DNA of 64,000 nucleotides from Balanoglossus misakiensis (taxonomy: Eukaryota > Animalia > Hemichordata). The translations under genes and the position numbers were made by a program. The notes under the pieces are model-generated. The model had not been told where the DNA came from. It searched no databases and worked only from the letters and a program-made list of their open reading frames with translations. Each line of letters begins with the position of its first letter. Position 1 is the first letter of the stretch. The stretch lies in assembly GCA_040954595.2 (NCBI GenBank), contig CM082582.2, positions 9,601,483-9,665,482 of the forward strand. Reading direction: 5' to 3'. Below, one piece after another: positions 1-16,300 of this stretch.

Positions 1-9
1 TGTTTGCAG

Positions 10-1718
10 ATCGAATTCACTGAGATCAACCTCCAATCGCCGCCAGAAGACTGCACAACGCACCATATACTGGTGTACGATGGTCCAAACGTGACGTCAC
101 CACTCATCAAAACCATCTGTCCACAACACATATCTCCGGTCAACGTTCTTACAACAACGTCTGAAGCGTTGATCATTTTCCAGTCAGATTACACGCAGGC
201 GCAGGAGAATTCCTCGTTTCGGGCAGAATACTTCACTTTTAATGTCGACGAGTTGCAGAGGCCAATATTCAACACTTATTCAGGTAAATGGGATTTTTCA
301 TCCTCACGGGAACTGCACCTCTCAAGACTATGTGTATGCACATACACATTGCTACATAATATTAACACCGCTATGGCTGCGGGTCACCACATTTCCGACA
401 GCACACATAAAACGCCTGCTGATATATACCAGAGTTCAGGAATACCCTCCTCCATTACTATTTCACTGTCCTGTATGGGTTGAATAACCACAAGCTTATT
501 TAATGAGCATAGTAGTTATATTTTCAGATACACACCATATCATCAACGGCTACTTGTAAACTACCGAAGAAGCTAAGGCGTCGTTTTAACGAGCAAAAAC
601 AGCAAAGCCTGCCGATTTTAATAATCCAGCAGTAAGAGCACATTCGCAGCTGCGTCCACCCCTTCCTTGACAATCTAAGACTCGTTAGCCTTTAGCCATC
701 GAAGGGAAAACTCAAGATACCCTCGGATAATGGAACTTGAGTGTCTGCTGAAAGCAATTCTCATGTCCCCATGTGAATTCGAAAGCTTAATGCAAGCCTC
801 CATTACAGCTGGCTGAGAACACAATTTAACACATATGCACCTGTTATTGGAGATTCACCCTGTATACGCACAAATGCAAATTTTTGAAAACACAATTGTC
901 CCTATTGTAAGTCCTTCTTGTCTGTTCTTATTGATCTTTTAAACTGATCATGCTGCTCGTGTTAATTGTCTCTCTCATTGGGATGCAGTATAAATCCATG
1001 CAGTTATCCCAATGTCAGAGTATAAGGTACATTGCCCTAATTATTGTCAGGGTAATGGACAGCGTCTCACGCATGGCCGAGAATTGATGGTACATAAAAC
1101 TGATAAAGTCACTTCGTGTGACGAGGCGGTGTTTTCTGAGTGAGAGAGTAGGCGATAGAATCAGAGATATTTTGCAGCAATGGCATCGTGATTAACGAGC
1201 CTGAGGTTTGGTGTGTCTCCGCTGAGATAGGTAAACTACTAGTATTCTCGCGATCTGACCGTTAGTATTATGTTCGGATGATGAGTCAGGTACATTCAAT
1301 AGAGTCCGCTACAATATCACGATTTGTGTCACCTGGCTTACTTGTATTTCTCTCTTTCTTTCTTTCTCTTATTCTTTTGTTCATAATAATTGAACAGTAT
1401 GTGAAGATAATGTAGCGATGGCAAGAAACGGTATAGTGCGTTCACATTCCAGTTACCCCGGTAACCAGTACGAAACAAATGCTTATTGTAAGTTACTGCT
1501 GGTTCCCGCCAGAAGATCACGTGGTTTTAACATTGAGTTCTCTGACGTGAGCCTAAACACAACGAGTATAGGTAATGTATACACTTCAATTCTTGATTAT
1601 GCCTTCCGGAAAATGCAAGTATCCTGTCTTTAACAGGAAAATGCTGTGTTATGTAATGTTCTGAATGTGGCCAATAGATCCATCCGACGCAATGTTGCAA
1701 TGTTCTGTCATTATATAT

Positions 1719-1797
<79 letters not shown>

Positions 1798-2833
1798 TTT
1801 TAGGATGCAAAGATGTCGATATTGATCGTTGCGAGAATGAGTGGATTTCCGTCAGGAGAGTTTCGAGTGCCAAAGTTCTGCCGCAGAAGATTTGCAGACG
1901 TGACCAAAGGAAATCACTTTTCATAAACACTAAAGGCCGACCAGTCTTACTTGAGTTTGTCACAAACCTACACAACTCTAGCGAGTACAGGGGGTTCACT
2001 GTCAACTATTCACAGATATGTAAGTATTCTTTGGATAGCATTAGTGTATATATTAATCTTGAACCAAAAGTTGATATATACGTACAATTGGTCGTACGTC
2101 AATTTGCATCGCGATACGATCCACTATGGTTGTATCCCTTTTACGTATAGCACGTTATTATCTGTGTCAAAACATAATATGATCCTAATCTAACGCTAGA
2201 TTTTCTGTCTGAAACCTTAGTTCCAAGACCAGTGCAGAAATACACGCACTGCGCACGAGACGAATTTGAGTGCCACGACACAAACCCCAAGCTGTGTCTC
2301 TCTCTGACGTACTTGTGCAATGACGTAGCTGACTGCCCAGACGCGTCGGATGAAAATCTTTGTCACGTGAACAAAGACGATTCTTTTCACTGTAAGTATC
2401 GCCCGAAATATCCTAAAGGGAATGACCTGGAATTTCATCGTGGGGGGGGGGGGGGTGGTACTCATTGTTGACGTTGATGTCTGTGTCTATGAAACTTACT
2501 GTATGCCAAACTGATATCGATAAAGCCGGTAACACGTTTTGTCAGAGACTACACTCAGCTGGCGCTACGCTGCATGATGCGCAGACTGTGACGAAGGACT
2601 GTGACGAGTCTCATGTTTACAGGGCCTGGCATTTTCTGTTGTTTTCAGCTCACGGGAAAGCCCTCCCCGGTGAAGTGAACCTTGCAATTATACTTGGCGT
2701 CATGGCAGGGTCAGTCATTTTCCTAGCCTTGCCGTACGTGTACTACCGGAAATACGTACTCGGGCGACGTCGGCCACCGCCGAAGAGCGCATACAGCGAC
2801 ATGGAAGACACGCAATATTTGGGTCACGTGTAA
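10..2833 (+). CDS. CUB-CUB-LDLa-TM receptor (NETO/SOL-2-like), 5'-truncated by window edge; paralog A
   Basis: Phase-consistent exons 10-283, 1398-1571, 1804-2019, 2221-2391, 2649-2833. CUB motifs (IEFTEINL..C..HILVYDGPN..C; SHSSYPGNQY..C; FVTN..YRGF), LDLa (CARDEFEC..CLSLTYLCNDVADCPDASDE..C), TM (LAIILGVMAGSVIFLALPYVYY) and a short basic/Pro tail. Confidence 0.85.
1716..1800. repeat. (TTTA)n microsatellite at intron 3' end
   Basis: About 21 near-perfect ATTT units ending at the AG acceptor 1802-1803. Confidence 0.97.
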
Positions 2834-3634
2834 GGTCACGTTGTTTCAGTACGTGACGTAGCGACTGATGCGCGCCAGACAAAGCTCACAGAACTCACGT
2901 GGTCAACAGTTCTGTGTGCAACTTGTTACAGTCGCTCTTCAACTGGTGTTCTTCAAGAAGATGTGAATCGTGCACCCAGACACACCAAGACACACGACGA
3001 TGACCACTGGCAGAGCCGGGCCGCGGACTGAATATACCTGCAGCACTTAAAAGGGTGCTGCTATCACCAGGAACACACAGAGCATTACGTTCAAAACACT
3101 TGTGCCAAAGAAACGTACTTTATGTTTACTCCAATGGGATTGATCTCACAATAACGATATTCTACCTAAGTATAATTATAAATATTACTCGCTTTTGTAC
3201 ACATTCTATTCGTATGCAGAATCGCAGTCGTGCTTATGATTAGAACGAATAAAACTTCGCTGAAATATTATGCGATCGAGACAGGTATGTCTTTCTGTTC
3301 TTTCGCATTGGAAAGTATCATTTTATTAGCAGAAAACTGGAATAAATGACACGTGGGTTACTGGTGTCATATGCGTGTATTTCTAAAGACAATAACAGAT
3401 GTGGGCTATTACCAAGGCAACAGCAATCCCATTCGGAGCGCGATATCCCAACAGCCGTGCCTCGTTCGCTGCATAGGATAACAAAACCCCATTTATAGAT
3501 ATCTCCATCGGTCGTACGTACATGTACGCTAAAATGGCATACCAATACACGCGGAAGACAAGTGACCAGGGCCGAAACACCTTCCACATCCTCTGTACGT
3601 AAAAGATGCGATCAGGTATTAATTTGAGACAAGA

Positions 3635-6532
<2,898 letters not shown>

Positions 6533-6609
6533 TAGTCAACTATGTCACGCGATTTTTTTAATGAAAACGAAATGAGTGCTATTATATTTAAATGGTTGGA
6601 TGGTCTTTC

Positions 6610-7150
6610 CTAACCTTGGAGACGAGACCAGACGATTCTACAGTGACGCCACGCATCTTTAAACGTAAAATGACTTGGAAGGCTTTTCTTGTGAGGAAAT
6701 AACTGAAACTTACCCCACCAGAAATTCAGAATGGCCTGTATCCAGCTCTCGTTTCTGACATGTCCTCCATGCGCATGCGTTTCACACTCACGGAGTTGGT
6801 GGTTGTCTTTTGCTGGTAGACTTGCGAGCATTTTGTGATACGCGATATCTTTGTACTTCAGTCAATTGTACACTGTTCGCGGGAGCCTGAAACCGTTCGC
6901 GCTCCTGTTTTGCCGTTAGTTTAAACTCTTCTCTATCATCCAGTGGTACCGGGTCGTCAAACTAGAGCAAAACCGTTCCACTTCGCTTGAAAACTCTGTA
7001 TCGTAGACATCCAAGTGCATGCGTCCATTTTGGTGGCGTGGCTGAAACACAGTGACATGCGCGTGCGTACAACTTGGCAAATCGATGTGCACCTGAATCA
7101 GCGCAGTCAGCCTGCTAGCCAATGAGAAAGCTGTATTATACCATGCTATT
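6610..7150 (-). mobile_element. Possible decayed Crypton/DUF3504-like element remnant
   Basis: Minus-strand fragments broken by stops and frameshifts: ...ERERFQAPANSVQLTEVQRYRVSQNARKSTS... and ...AILNFWWGKF..KK. These resemble the RF..P...L....V..NT.KST and LN.WL.KFV.EVRK motifs of DUF3504-type proteins. Resemblance is by eye only. Confidence 0.35.
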
Positions 7151-7698
7151 GTGCCAGAATTTCCATCCCTAATGACACCAGGTGTACAAAGGTGCAATGT
7201 AGACCATGATATCTTTCGTTTTTTCCCCGTTATACTCTTAATTTTGGTCAATACCGATGGTAAAGAATGACAGCTTGAAGGCAGTATTTACACGCTACAA
7301 CAGTGTTAAAATTTGGTAATTTTATTAGTAATGGGCAATGGAATGACATCACTAGAATATATGGTAATAATGACAGGGAACATTAACTTTGAGTCTGTAA
7401 TTCTTTCAGTGGAATTTCTAAAGTTTCATTCTAGCGGCAGATACTAGCATACACATTTTTTTAGAAATGAATAAAGACTCTGAAAGGAAATAGAAAACCG
7501 AGTTTGAGTTTTCAAAATACTGATCTACGTTCAAGTACATGTACAATGAGTTTGAATTCAAATGATGCAATACCAATTGAGTACTGGAAAAAATACCTTC
7601 TCCTGATCAACTTATAAGCCCTAGTACACTCAGCTTATCACCGTTTGTCGCCTGGACTTCAAAAGATATCGGTGAGAGTTGGATCACTCGTGTTACTA

Positions 7699-10600
7699 TC
7701 AGTTGTCTACCCTGTAATACGCACAGTTGGACTCGGGAAGAAGATCAGACTCTGTCAACAGCTCATCGAAGAGGAAACATGCTGAGTCATCGCTCTCATA
7801 GTGAAAGCTCCGGCAGCCCTCGTTGGATACGCATGCGTGTGCACAACCGATGACGCTGGGGGCGGTTGTTTGTTGTATGGGTTCCACACCCGGTCCAACC
7901 CTGCCGTCGCCTTCTTTGTAAAATAAGCCACTCCGAAAATTATCTCCTCGCTTTATCACATGAGTCGTTCCTGTATCTGCTGAATACAACAGAAAACAAT
8001 TTTCATATATATACCAGCAAGTCGTTGTTTTCTTATGCGTATCTGACCAAGTGCAAAGGCAATTCTTGTTTACAGATACACAGTTTCTAATAAAAAGGCC
8101 ATAGTTCATTTTTCCCTTCTTTTAATTAAGGTAGTACTCACCAGTTGTACAAGTCATTGTAAGCTCACTGAAGAGCCATTCCGTCCCATCGCAGTTGCAG
8201 ACACCGTTGTCGCAATACCCGTGCACACATTCCGTGTCAGAGAGACATACTGTAAAGAAAAATTCAACGTATTAATAGTGTATATTACTAGGGCACCGTT
8301 TATTACAACATTTCAACATGACAAAAACTCACCTGAACATCGGCCATTTCCATCGGTTGACCACCCAATAGCACACGTACATATGTTGTTGAGGCAGGTT
8401 CCGTGATAACACTGGGGGTCGCTGTCGCAAACAATCTCAGGGACTGCCAAGGCAAGAACACATGCGAAAAATAACCACAATCCCATGTACGTTTGTCGGT
8501 GGGCGGGGTTAAAAACATAAGGTAAACCTCTTGTTTTTATGGGCCAGTAAGTTCAAGATACAGCATCGAGTATACATGTGCATTGCTTTAATATGGCACC
8601 AAGGCACAGTGGACCACGAAACGTTATGGCTGTCTTATATTGTGATCATTTGTTGCGTGACTTACTGGTGCAGTCCATGGTAGTGGGGTCGTAAACAGCA
8701 TCGGCAGAGATACAGACACAAACGCCATCATTACATCTGCCAAGTCCACATCCTTTGTCACTGCTACAGACTATAGAAAGTAGAAGGTGATCGAGTGAGT
8801 AAATAAGTTGAGGGAAACTACATTGAAAGAAAAGTATAGGTAATCATTTTGGGGTTGGAGACGCACATCCACGTATTTCGTGATTTACAAAACAACGACG
8901 ACGACAAGAAGTTTCATCTTTTACCTTTACAACTTCCGGTAGCAGTGTCCTGTGTCCAGTATTGCTCACACTTACACACCCCTTCTTGTCTGCATACTCC
9001 GCGTAGACAGTTTGAATCGGTCGAGCAAATCGCTTTTAAAAGACAAGATATTTAATACAGATATGTTTGTGTGTACGGAAAGTTTAGTTATACTTTCCCC
9101 CAAACATTTCAAAAGTTCAAGCAACATTCAAAAACTGTCTGTCTGTCTGTCCGTCCGTCTGTCTGTCTCCGCCTGCCTGCCATATACTCACGTGTTAAGG
9201 GCCCAATCTTGCACCACACATCTTTTGACTCAACATCACACGCGCCTCTTCTCCAAGTACCTCCATCATCTTCGGGCATGTAGAAACAGTCCTTGGCGTT
9301 ATCAACGGGGTCTTGTGGATTGATGTTGTCATAGGGAGCGACAGTCAACCGGTCAGATAACTCCACGTGTCCATCGATGTCGAGGGTGTTTTGACCCAAC
9401 CAAGGTACGTTGCTGTTGAACAATACCAAACCGAGCAGTTTCAGCGACCCACCTTGGACCGGAACATTTGAACGGCAATAAAGCGAGCCTAACTCTAGTC
9501 CCAAAACTCCTTCCGTGAAAAACATCTCTGGTCCGTTTCCACAGCCAGTTTAATACATTGACAATCGTTTCAACTTGCTGCTTGTTGCTACTGTCCAGAA
9601 CACATTAATCTTTTACGATTGCTTACCCGGATGTTCGGCTGGCAAGCTCGGCAAAGACGGCATAGTTTTCTTCTTCGTCGAGTATGTCCAGCAGTCGTCC
9701 TTTGCCTGCGGTATAGACCGATTGGCAGTAGCCCACAGTTGGCGCCCATCCCGCGGCGACCGGAGTTATAGGGCCGTAGCAGAAGCCGGTTCTCGGGTTC
9801 AGATATGGTTGCTCCGTCAGACCGGCCACTACTCCCGTGTAAGGACAAGGTGCTATATCAAAAATAGGCAGATCATGGTTATATTGTTGGGTCGACCGAC
9901 AAAGTTACACACCTATGTATTCTATAGCCGAAGTACAATACAATATAAGATATGAGCATGCGATATCACCAATGCGTTTTCTTACTTATGTATCCCTCTG
10001 TTAACCACCGAGTCGGCTGTTGGGAAATCGACTTGTGCAGGTAATCATAACCCTCGCGGCATATATACCCGGTTTCTGCGCTGCAGTCGACATTGAACAG
10101 TAACCCTTCGTTGTCTTCTTGCACGCAGAGTTTCTCGGCGTCAAGAACGTCGGGTTGCCCGGGACCCCAGGACATCAGGTCGCCTGCTATCGAGTCATCG
10201 TTGAACCAGCGCCACTGGCCGTCGGGGCGTTGTGTGATACCAATCCACGCGGGCGACTGTTTCTCTGGGGGGAAACGACGTTATAGAACACACGTCAACA
10301 CCCAATTTCTTCATGTGATATTGCCTTCCCTGCACATTATAATGGAAACGACGTTTCACTTACCAGTGAAGAGTCCCATCTGGGCGGGGGTACTGTACTT
10401 GGCCAGTGTTGCCCCTCTCGAAACGCAGTCGGAATGCGCCGCCAGCCAATGCTTCGGTCCGGGGAAGTAGGCGAAACATTCTCCGTCCGCTTCAGGCCAG
10501 TCCCCGTGAATGCATACACCGGAGATCACTGTGAGGATCAGAAGAAAAAAAATTAAGTTGAGGAAGTATTGTCATAGCTGCCAACAACGTCTACAGACCA

Positions 10601-10707
10601 GTTACAAATAACATTCAAATGCTACAAAGATTTGCCTTTGTTTTCAGTTGTCACTGACCAGATGGACAGGCAGAATACAACAGGAGATAGGATAAAAATC
10701 GCAACAT
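7699..10707 (-). CDS. Secreted mosaic protein: signal peptide - C-type lectin x2 - EGF/EB-like x4 - PAN/Apple, ~550 aa
   Basis: Ten phase-consistent exons: 10659-10707, 10364-10528, 9986-10264, 9627-9852, 9192-9412, 8925-9032, 8666-8770, 8333-8443, 8142-8249, 7699-7979. CTLD1 has W.AA..DC..RGATLA, AWIGI, W.PGQPD. CTLD2 has PWLG..DC..W....C. Four 6-Cys modules are each on a symmetric 105-111 nt exon. PAN: SVIGCAHACVSNEGCRSFHY..ACFL. Confidence 0.85.
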
Positions 10708-13356
10708 CGTATGTCCATATGCTTTTCCTCCTCTGTGCGACCAGACTTCTGCATAAAAGTATAGACGGCTGTTTGCATCTGAGTCACTGAGACACGCCAA
10801 GCCTGAACCCGCGCGAAATCTCTGCCATGGCAACACCATCTCTTTAGAAAATGTCATACACATTTGATTGCATACGACTTAGTAGACGATCGATTGAAGC
10901 TAAAGTTCAGAAATTGAACATAATTACAGGAAACCTGTGCATTGACGAGAATGGGGGAGGGTGACACTATGATTAACTCAATGGATGACAGGTATCAACG
11001 TTCAAACTTTCGGAACTCCCCCCCCCCCTCGTCTGGAACAGTCTATGAAATAGCAAACACTTATTTTAACATTTTCTTCGCCAGGTACTACAGAACTATG
11101 CCCTTTATTCCTTGACAATGCACTACTTGCTGCCAGTGCAAAAAATAATATTTATCCGAAGTTCCGCTATTTAGATATAGTGGGCATGCATACATCAGCG
11201 CGGGCGTGATCAATACCACCCAAATGACTAGTTTGTCCTCTTTGAATTTGGAAATTCGAATAAATGTCCTCGATTTATTTGTGACATAATTGTTTTCTGG
11301 ATGTACCCAGAACATGGACCGCCAAGATTAATGGGAACGCGAATGAACAAAGGATTGAGAAAGCCAAACTATGCAGAATCGATATCTATGTGAGCAACTT
11401 TCAAAGCAAGGAAATAGAACATATATTGACTTTTCTAACCCAGAGTTAAATTGCATCGATTTATTTTCATTAACAATTCGCTCTCTTGGGAAAGAGAACG
11501 CATTCAAATGTGATTTTAAGTTCGCTATGTTTGGGCAAAATCATTCTTTTCCCCGTGCTGCGACGTCAATGTGCGAAACAAAACGTATTGAAAAATAACC
11601 GATCTGATTTTGGCAGCGATACTTTGATGTGAGCACGTGAATTATACTTTTATATCCGTATGCTAAGTAAAAGATCGACTCCGGTAGACCTTATTACATA
11701 CTCATCAGAAAGCAAATCAGTTTCCATCGATTGCCGAATTCGAAGGATTTTAAAACGCCCTCTGCCGTTTCCTCACCACATGCGAAAAGTCCGCAATCGA
11801 TATAACGCCGCCACAGTCGAGAATATGAATATATATGAAGGCAACCAAGATTCCCCCGTGGAGGCGGCAAGAGCGACCGATATATGTATATGCTTTTTCA
11901 TAAACCACTGCAATATTCAATATGCATGCGCCGGGAGACATGGAAACTGAATCAGGATACGAGGTCACGTAATCAAATATTATTCTGACATTTGCCTAGG
12001 ACGTCAATCTGTGATATCGACACTGTGATAGGATGTAATTAGTGGTAAAATGAAATGAAAACATATCTTGATTTTCAGATAGCAAATGTGCTTGGATAAT
12101 TCGTGATGAAACAAATGTCGTGTCTGCCAAAAATTCAGTAAAGGGAAAAGGAGAGTACACATTTACGGAATTCAAAAAAATGCCCAAGTTAATTATTGGC
12201 GGAAATGAATTTCTAGGTTTACGATGAAAATTGCTCGGCAATTTACATGAAAAGGGTGCCGACTATTAAATGCGAACGTCTAGAGAAAAATAGCTGTTGT
12301 GGGTGTGTACTTTCTTCTGGGCAACTATCGCGCATGTGCAGGAGGGACGACCATCTAAAGACATTGTAAAGCCGACTATTCTGACAGCGGGGATAGCTAA
12401 GCTGACTGTCAGCTCACTTTGTAGCGGGCCGTAGACAGATAGTCGCCGCTAGCTTTGGCTTAAAAAAACCAGTCCGTGATATTGCCAAGCACTGCGAAAC
12501 ACACCCTGATTTTTTTTCAGGTAAGTAAGGTTGATACAATATTTCAGTTTCCCCTTCTTACCTACGCAACACGACAGCGAGAGATGCCGTTTCATAAGCT
12601 AATATAGGGCGGTGTGGCCGCAACTTCAAATACTAAACGCGCTTTCCCTTTTGGAAATCATGAATATCTTAAACATTTCACAACGGTTCAATGCTGGCCT
12701 AAGTATCCACGATATCTCGCAAGAAATCGCCACACCCTGCCTTTTCACAGTTCTGCTGAAGCGCTAATAGTGGTCGCATCTGCCTAAAATTTGACCTCAC
12801 TGATTTTCTTGGGAAACGCGCGTCGGTAATCCTTGAGGAAGGCAAATCTTTATTCACGTCCATACCTGCCACTAATGTATTGCTACTACTTTGCCGGTAA
12901 GTACCTGTGTCGTTGACGTTTGAAACAGGGTGGAAACCTCCCGATTCCAACAAAGCATTTGATTCGACCAGGAATTACAGAGCCGTGCCGGAACTCGACG
13001 TGTGTACTTTGCTTTGTGGGATAATTTAAGAAAAGTGGGCTATGATTATGGCCTGCTGTGTCAGCCAGCCAGCTCCCTTGTTTTTTTTTTAAAGCCAAGC
13101 TTGAATTTTAAATTTCTTATTTATACCCTCGGGGAGGTCATTTGCGTGTGTTCACGTTTGCAGTCTTCGCTCACGTCATCGCCGGCTGCTATGTGTGAGA
13201 AATAATGCAATTTCAATAAAGCTTATTTATTTCTTTTCAGCTGACTAGCTTCATTTTGTCCGGCAGCATGGAAGGAGAACCCGTAGAACTATAGCCGCGC
13301 TGAACTTCGATTCACAGCGTAACGTCAGCTAAAAAAAGACGGTCCGTGCGTCAACG

Positions 13357-16300
13357 ATGAAGGTCGGTCAGGCACTTCAACGTTGTCATGGGAACGGAAG
13401 CTTACACGCCTTTGCTCTGATGCTGATGGCAGTTCTCGCGATCGCATCTTCAGCAAAAGAAGTAAATTCGTGGAAGAGTGAATTAGAGGAAGCGGCGAGC
13501 GCGGGCAAGCAATTCAAAGGTAAGGAGGAGAAATATAAGTCAAGACGTTGTTCACAGAGGCGGGAATTTGTTTCTTATACGCCCTGCTGCTATATCAGGG
13601 CCTTCAAACTACGAGCGCGCTTATCGATTATGCGGAACGCGCGCTTGCTCATCAAAGCCGTCAAAGAGTGTAGCAGTGACAGCCACGCGTGTTCCCATTA
13701 CATGTCATGTACATGTATAACACTGTACACAATGCGCAAAATGCAAGGAAAGGTCTTGCAACGTAGGCGTAAGTAGACATTGAGCTAAAGCTATCAGGAG
13801 TTTAAATCCGCATACATCTGAAATACTTGCTGAGAAAATAGCACAAACGTAAAAAAAAACTACTGTATGTCATTTGCTGTACGTGGCACCCACTCAGTAC
13901 AATCCTGGATAGTCAGTATATGAGAAGAAACCTCGACAAGGGCCCCTTCGGCAAGTGATCACAGATTAAATTGAATTCAGTCTGTAGTGTGTCTAATAGG
14001 AAAAGATCCTAATAAGTCACCTTGACACGAGATGCTCGCTGATCAAATTATCCAAAATGCACCTACTCTGGATGAGAATAAAACACAAACATTTATACGA
14101 CAAATTGCCCCTCCGCTGGTCTCTATTACTGAACTCACTTATTGGGGATGGGGGGTGTTTTTTAGTGTCCGACAGGTTCTTGAAATCCAATCTTGGCTGT
14201 TCACGCAGCCACGATTGACTGCCTCGGTAAATTTACAGTGAAATCGATCGACGAGTTATTCGCACGAAAATTTTCCCATAAGGCTCAAGGCAGGTTTTTT
14301 ATAAGGTGTTATAATTTATTCATGTTTGAGATTATTACCACTGCAACGAAAATCCAGATTAGAGAAAGGACAACGGAAAGATAGTACAGCGGATTATTGA
14401 CATGTTGGGGCTCGATTTTGATTTAATCGCCCTAGTTTTAGTTTCACGATTTCCGAACAACAAGATAGCGGAAATATTGAAATCGCTGTATTAGTAAATG
14501 ATTCTTCTTGCAGCCACATTAGTGGAACAGTAGATATAGTACACACAAGTCTAATTACATCAGCAGTCCGTATTTCGGGAGAGTTTCATAATTTCTTGTT
14601 ACTGTATTGTGATTGCACATGCTTTCATCTACTTGTCACGTAGGCAGTACAGAAAGTTGACTTGATAAAATTGACAGTTACAAAACACCGCAACGAATGG
14701 GTCAGACACAATGCGAACACTTTACTGCTAAGACTCCTCGCTTTTCAGAAACTCAGACAGTCACTGATTGTGGAGGTGTGTACAAGAAACCCGTGGATCA
14801 GATCAACTCGCCAAATTATCCGATGCTCTACCCTAACAACGCTCACTGCGTCTACAGGATATCAGCTCCCCCAGGCAAATCGATATGGGTAAGACTTTCA
14901 TTCATTTCATACAGTATATACCGAATTTCAGAAAGACCGTACACCACGCAACCAATAATCCGTACGCCATTCATTTTCATGAACTGACGATAAATTGTAG
15001 AGGGTCTTGCCAATTCTGAAAATATCGCCGCTATCAGTAGTGTGATACACATCTCCGCATCAGATGAACAATGTATGACTTTATGGCATTCAGAGTCGCT
15101 GCATTGCTATAAGGTCAATTATAATATAGCTCGGTCTGATAGATATGAAGAAATTGAAAACGCTATGTACTGATGTCAAAGAAAGAGCGGCCAATTTTAG
15201 TAATCACACAGATACATAATATATTATTCCATGTGAAAGGAAACATAAACTAGTTTCCTCATACGTCACAAGAAGCCACGGTTAAATTCATATACTTGCG
15301 TTCACTGGAGGGAAAACGTAATTCACGAAAATCACGAAGAGAGGTATTCTGGTGGAATTTTGTGAATTCAAACAAAATAACCTTTAAATTTTAGAAGCGA
15401 TTTCACCCATTGTTCAGTCAATCACACGGCGACTTCATTCATTGCTGTTTTCAGAGCATGGAATTTACTGACATCAGTAATGATGAAGGAATTTCAATGG
15501 TTTTGTCCATTGAAAGAGTTTTTTTTTTGTTCTCAAAGCGATGCTGAATATCGATTGAACTGGGGAAAGTTTGGATAGTGAAATGTCTTTCCCCCTGGTG
15601 TAAGAAGCTATACATAACGCTGTTTGCTGTATCGTATGTCTAGCTGGTTATATGTGATTAAAACAGCCACACTAATTTGTAGCATACATACTGAGCCGGG
15701 CTCTTGCAAGCCATGCATATAATGTAATAACAGTCCCAAGGCAAATTACGCACACTAATTTTAAATGCAGCAAAAGCTAAAATCCAGCAATGGGTCTGAC
15801 TGACTTTCTTCGCCTGTAGCTCCAGTTTATCACGTTCGAGCTCGAATCGTCCAAGGACTGCGAGGCGGACGTCGTTGAAGTTTACCACGGAGCCAGCGAC
15901 CGGGACCCCGTTCTCAGTGCGCTCTGCGGGTTTTACGACTCCCTCCCGGCGATCATCGCGAACTCCTCCGACGTGTACATCGTGTTCAAGTCGGACGGCA
16001 TCGGAACCGCACGGGGATTCAACCTGGAGTACTTCATCTTTGACAACAACAGCAACGACAGAGGCGAGGCGCAGAATACGACTTACGCAGGTAAGCTGAA
16101 CGGTCTTTAAATCTAACTTTCGCCTAGCTAGCTGTTAGATCTGACGTCATACAGAATGTTGATAAAAAACCTTGCAATTTCAGTACGACGTTGAAATAGC
16201 ACTAAAAAGAGTCGTGTTTTGACGTGACCTATCACCCCCCAAAATGCATTCTGTCAATTCGACCAAAGACGAAAGCTGCTACGAATTTCCCCCAGAGGAT

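Noticed and set aside
1665-1803. Hydrophobic (IYLF)n segment resembling a TM helix
   Set aside because: Translation of the (TTTA)n intronic repeat. The real exon starts at 1804.
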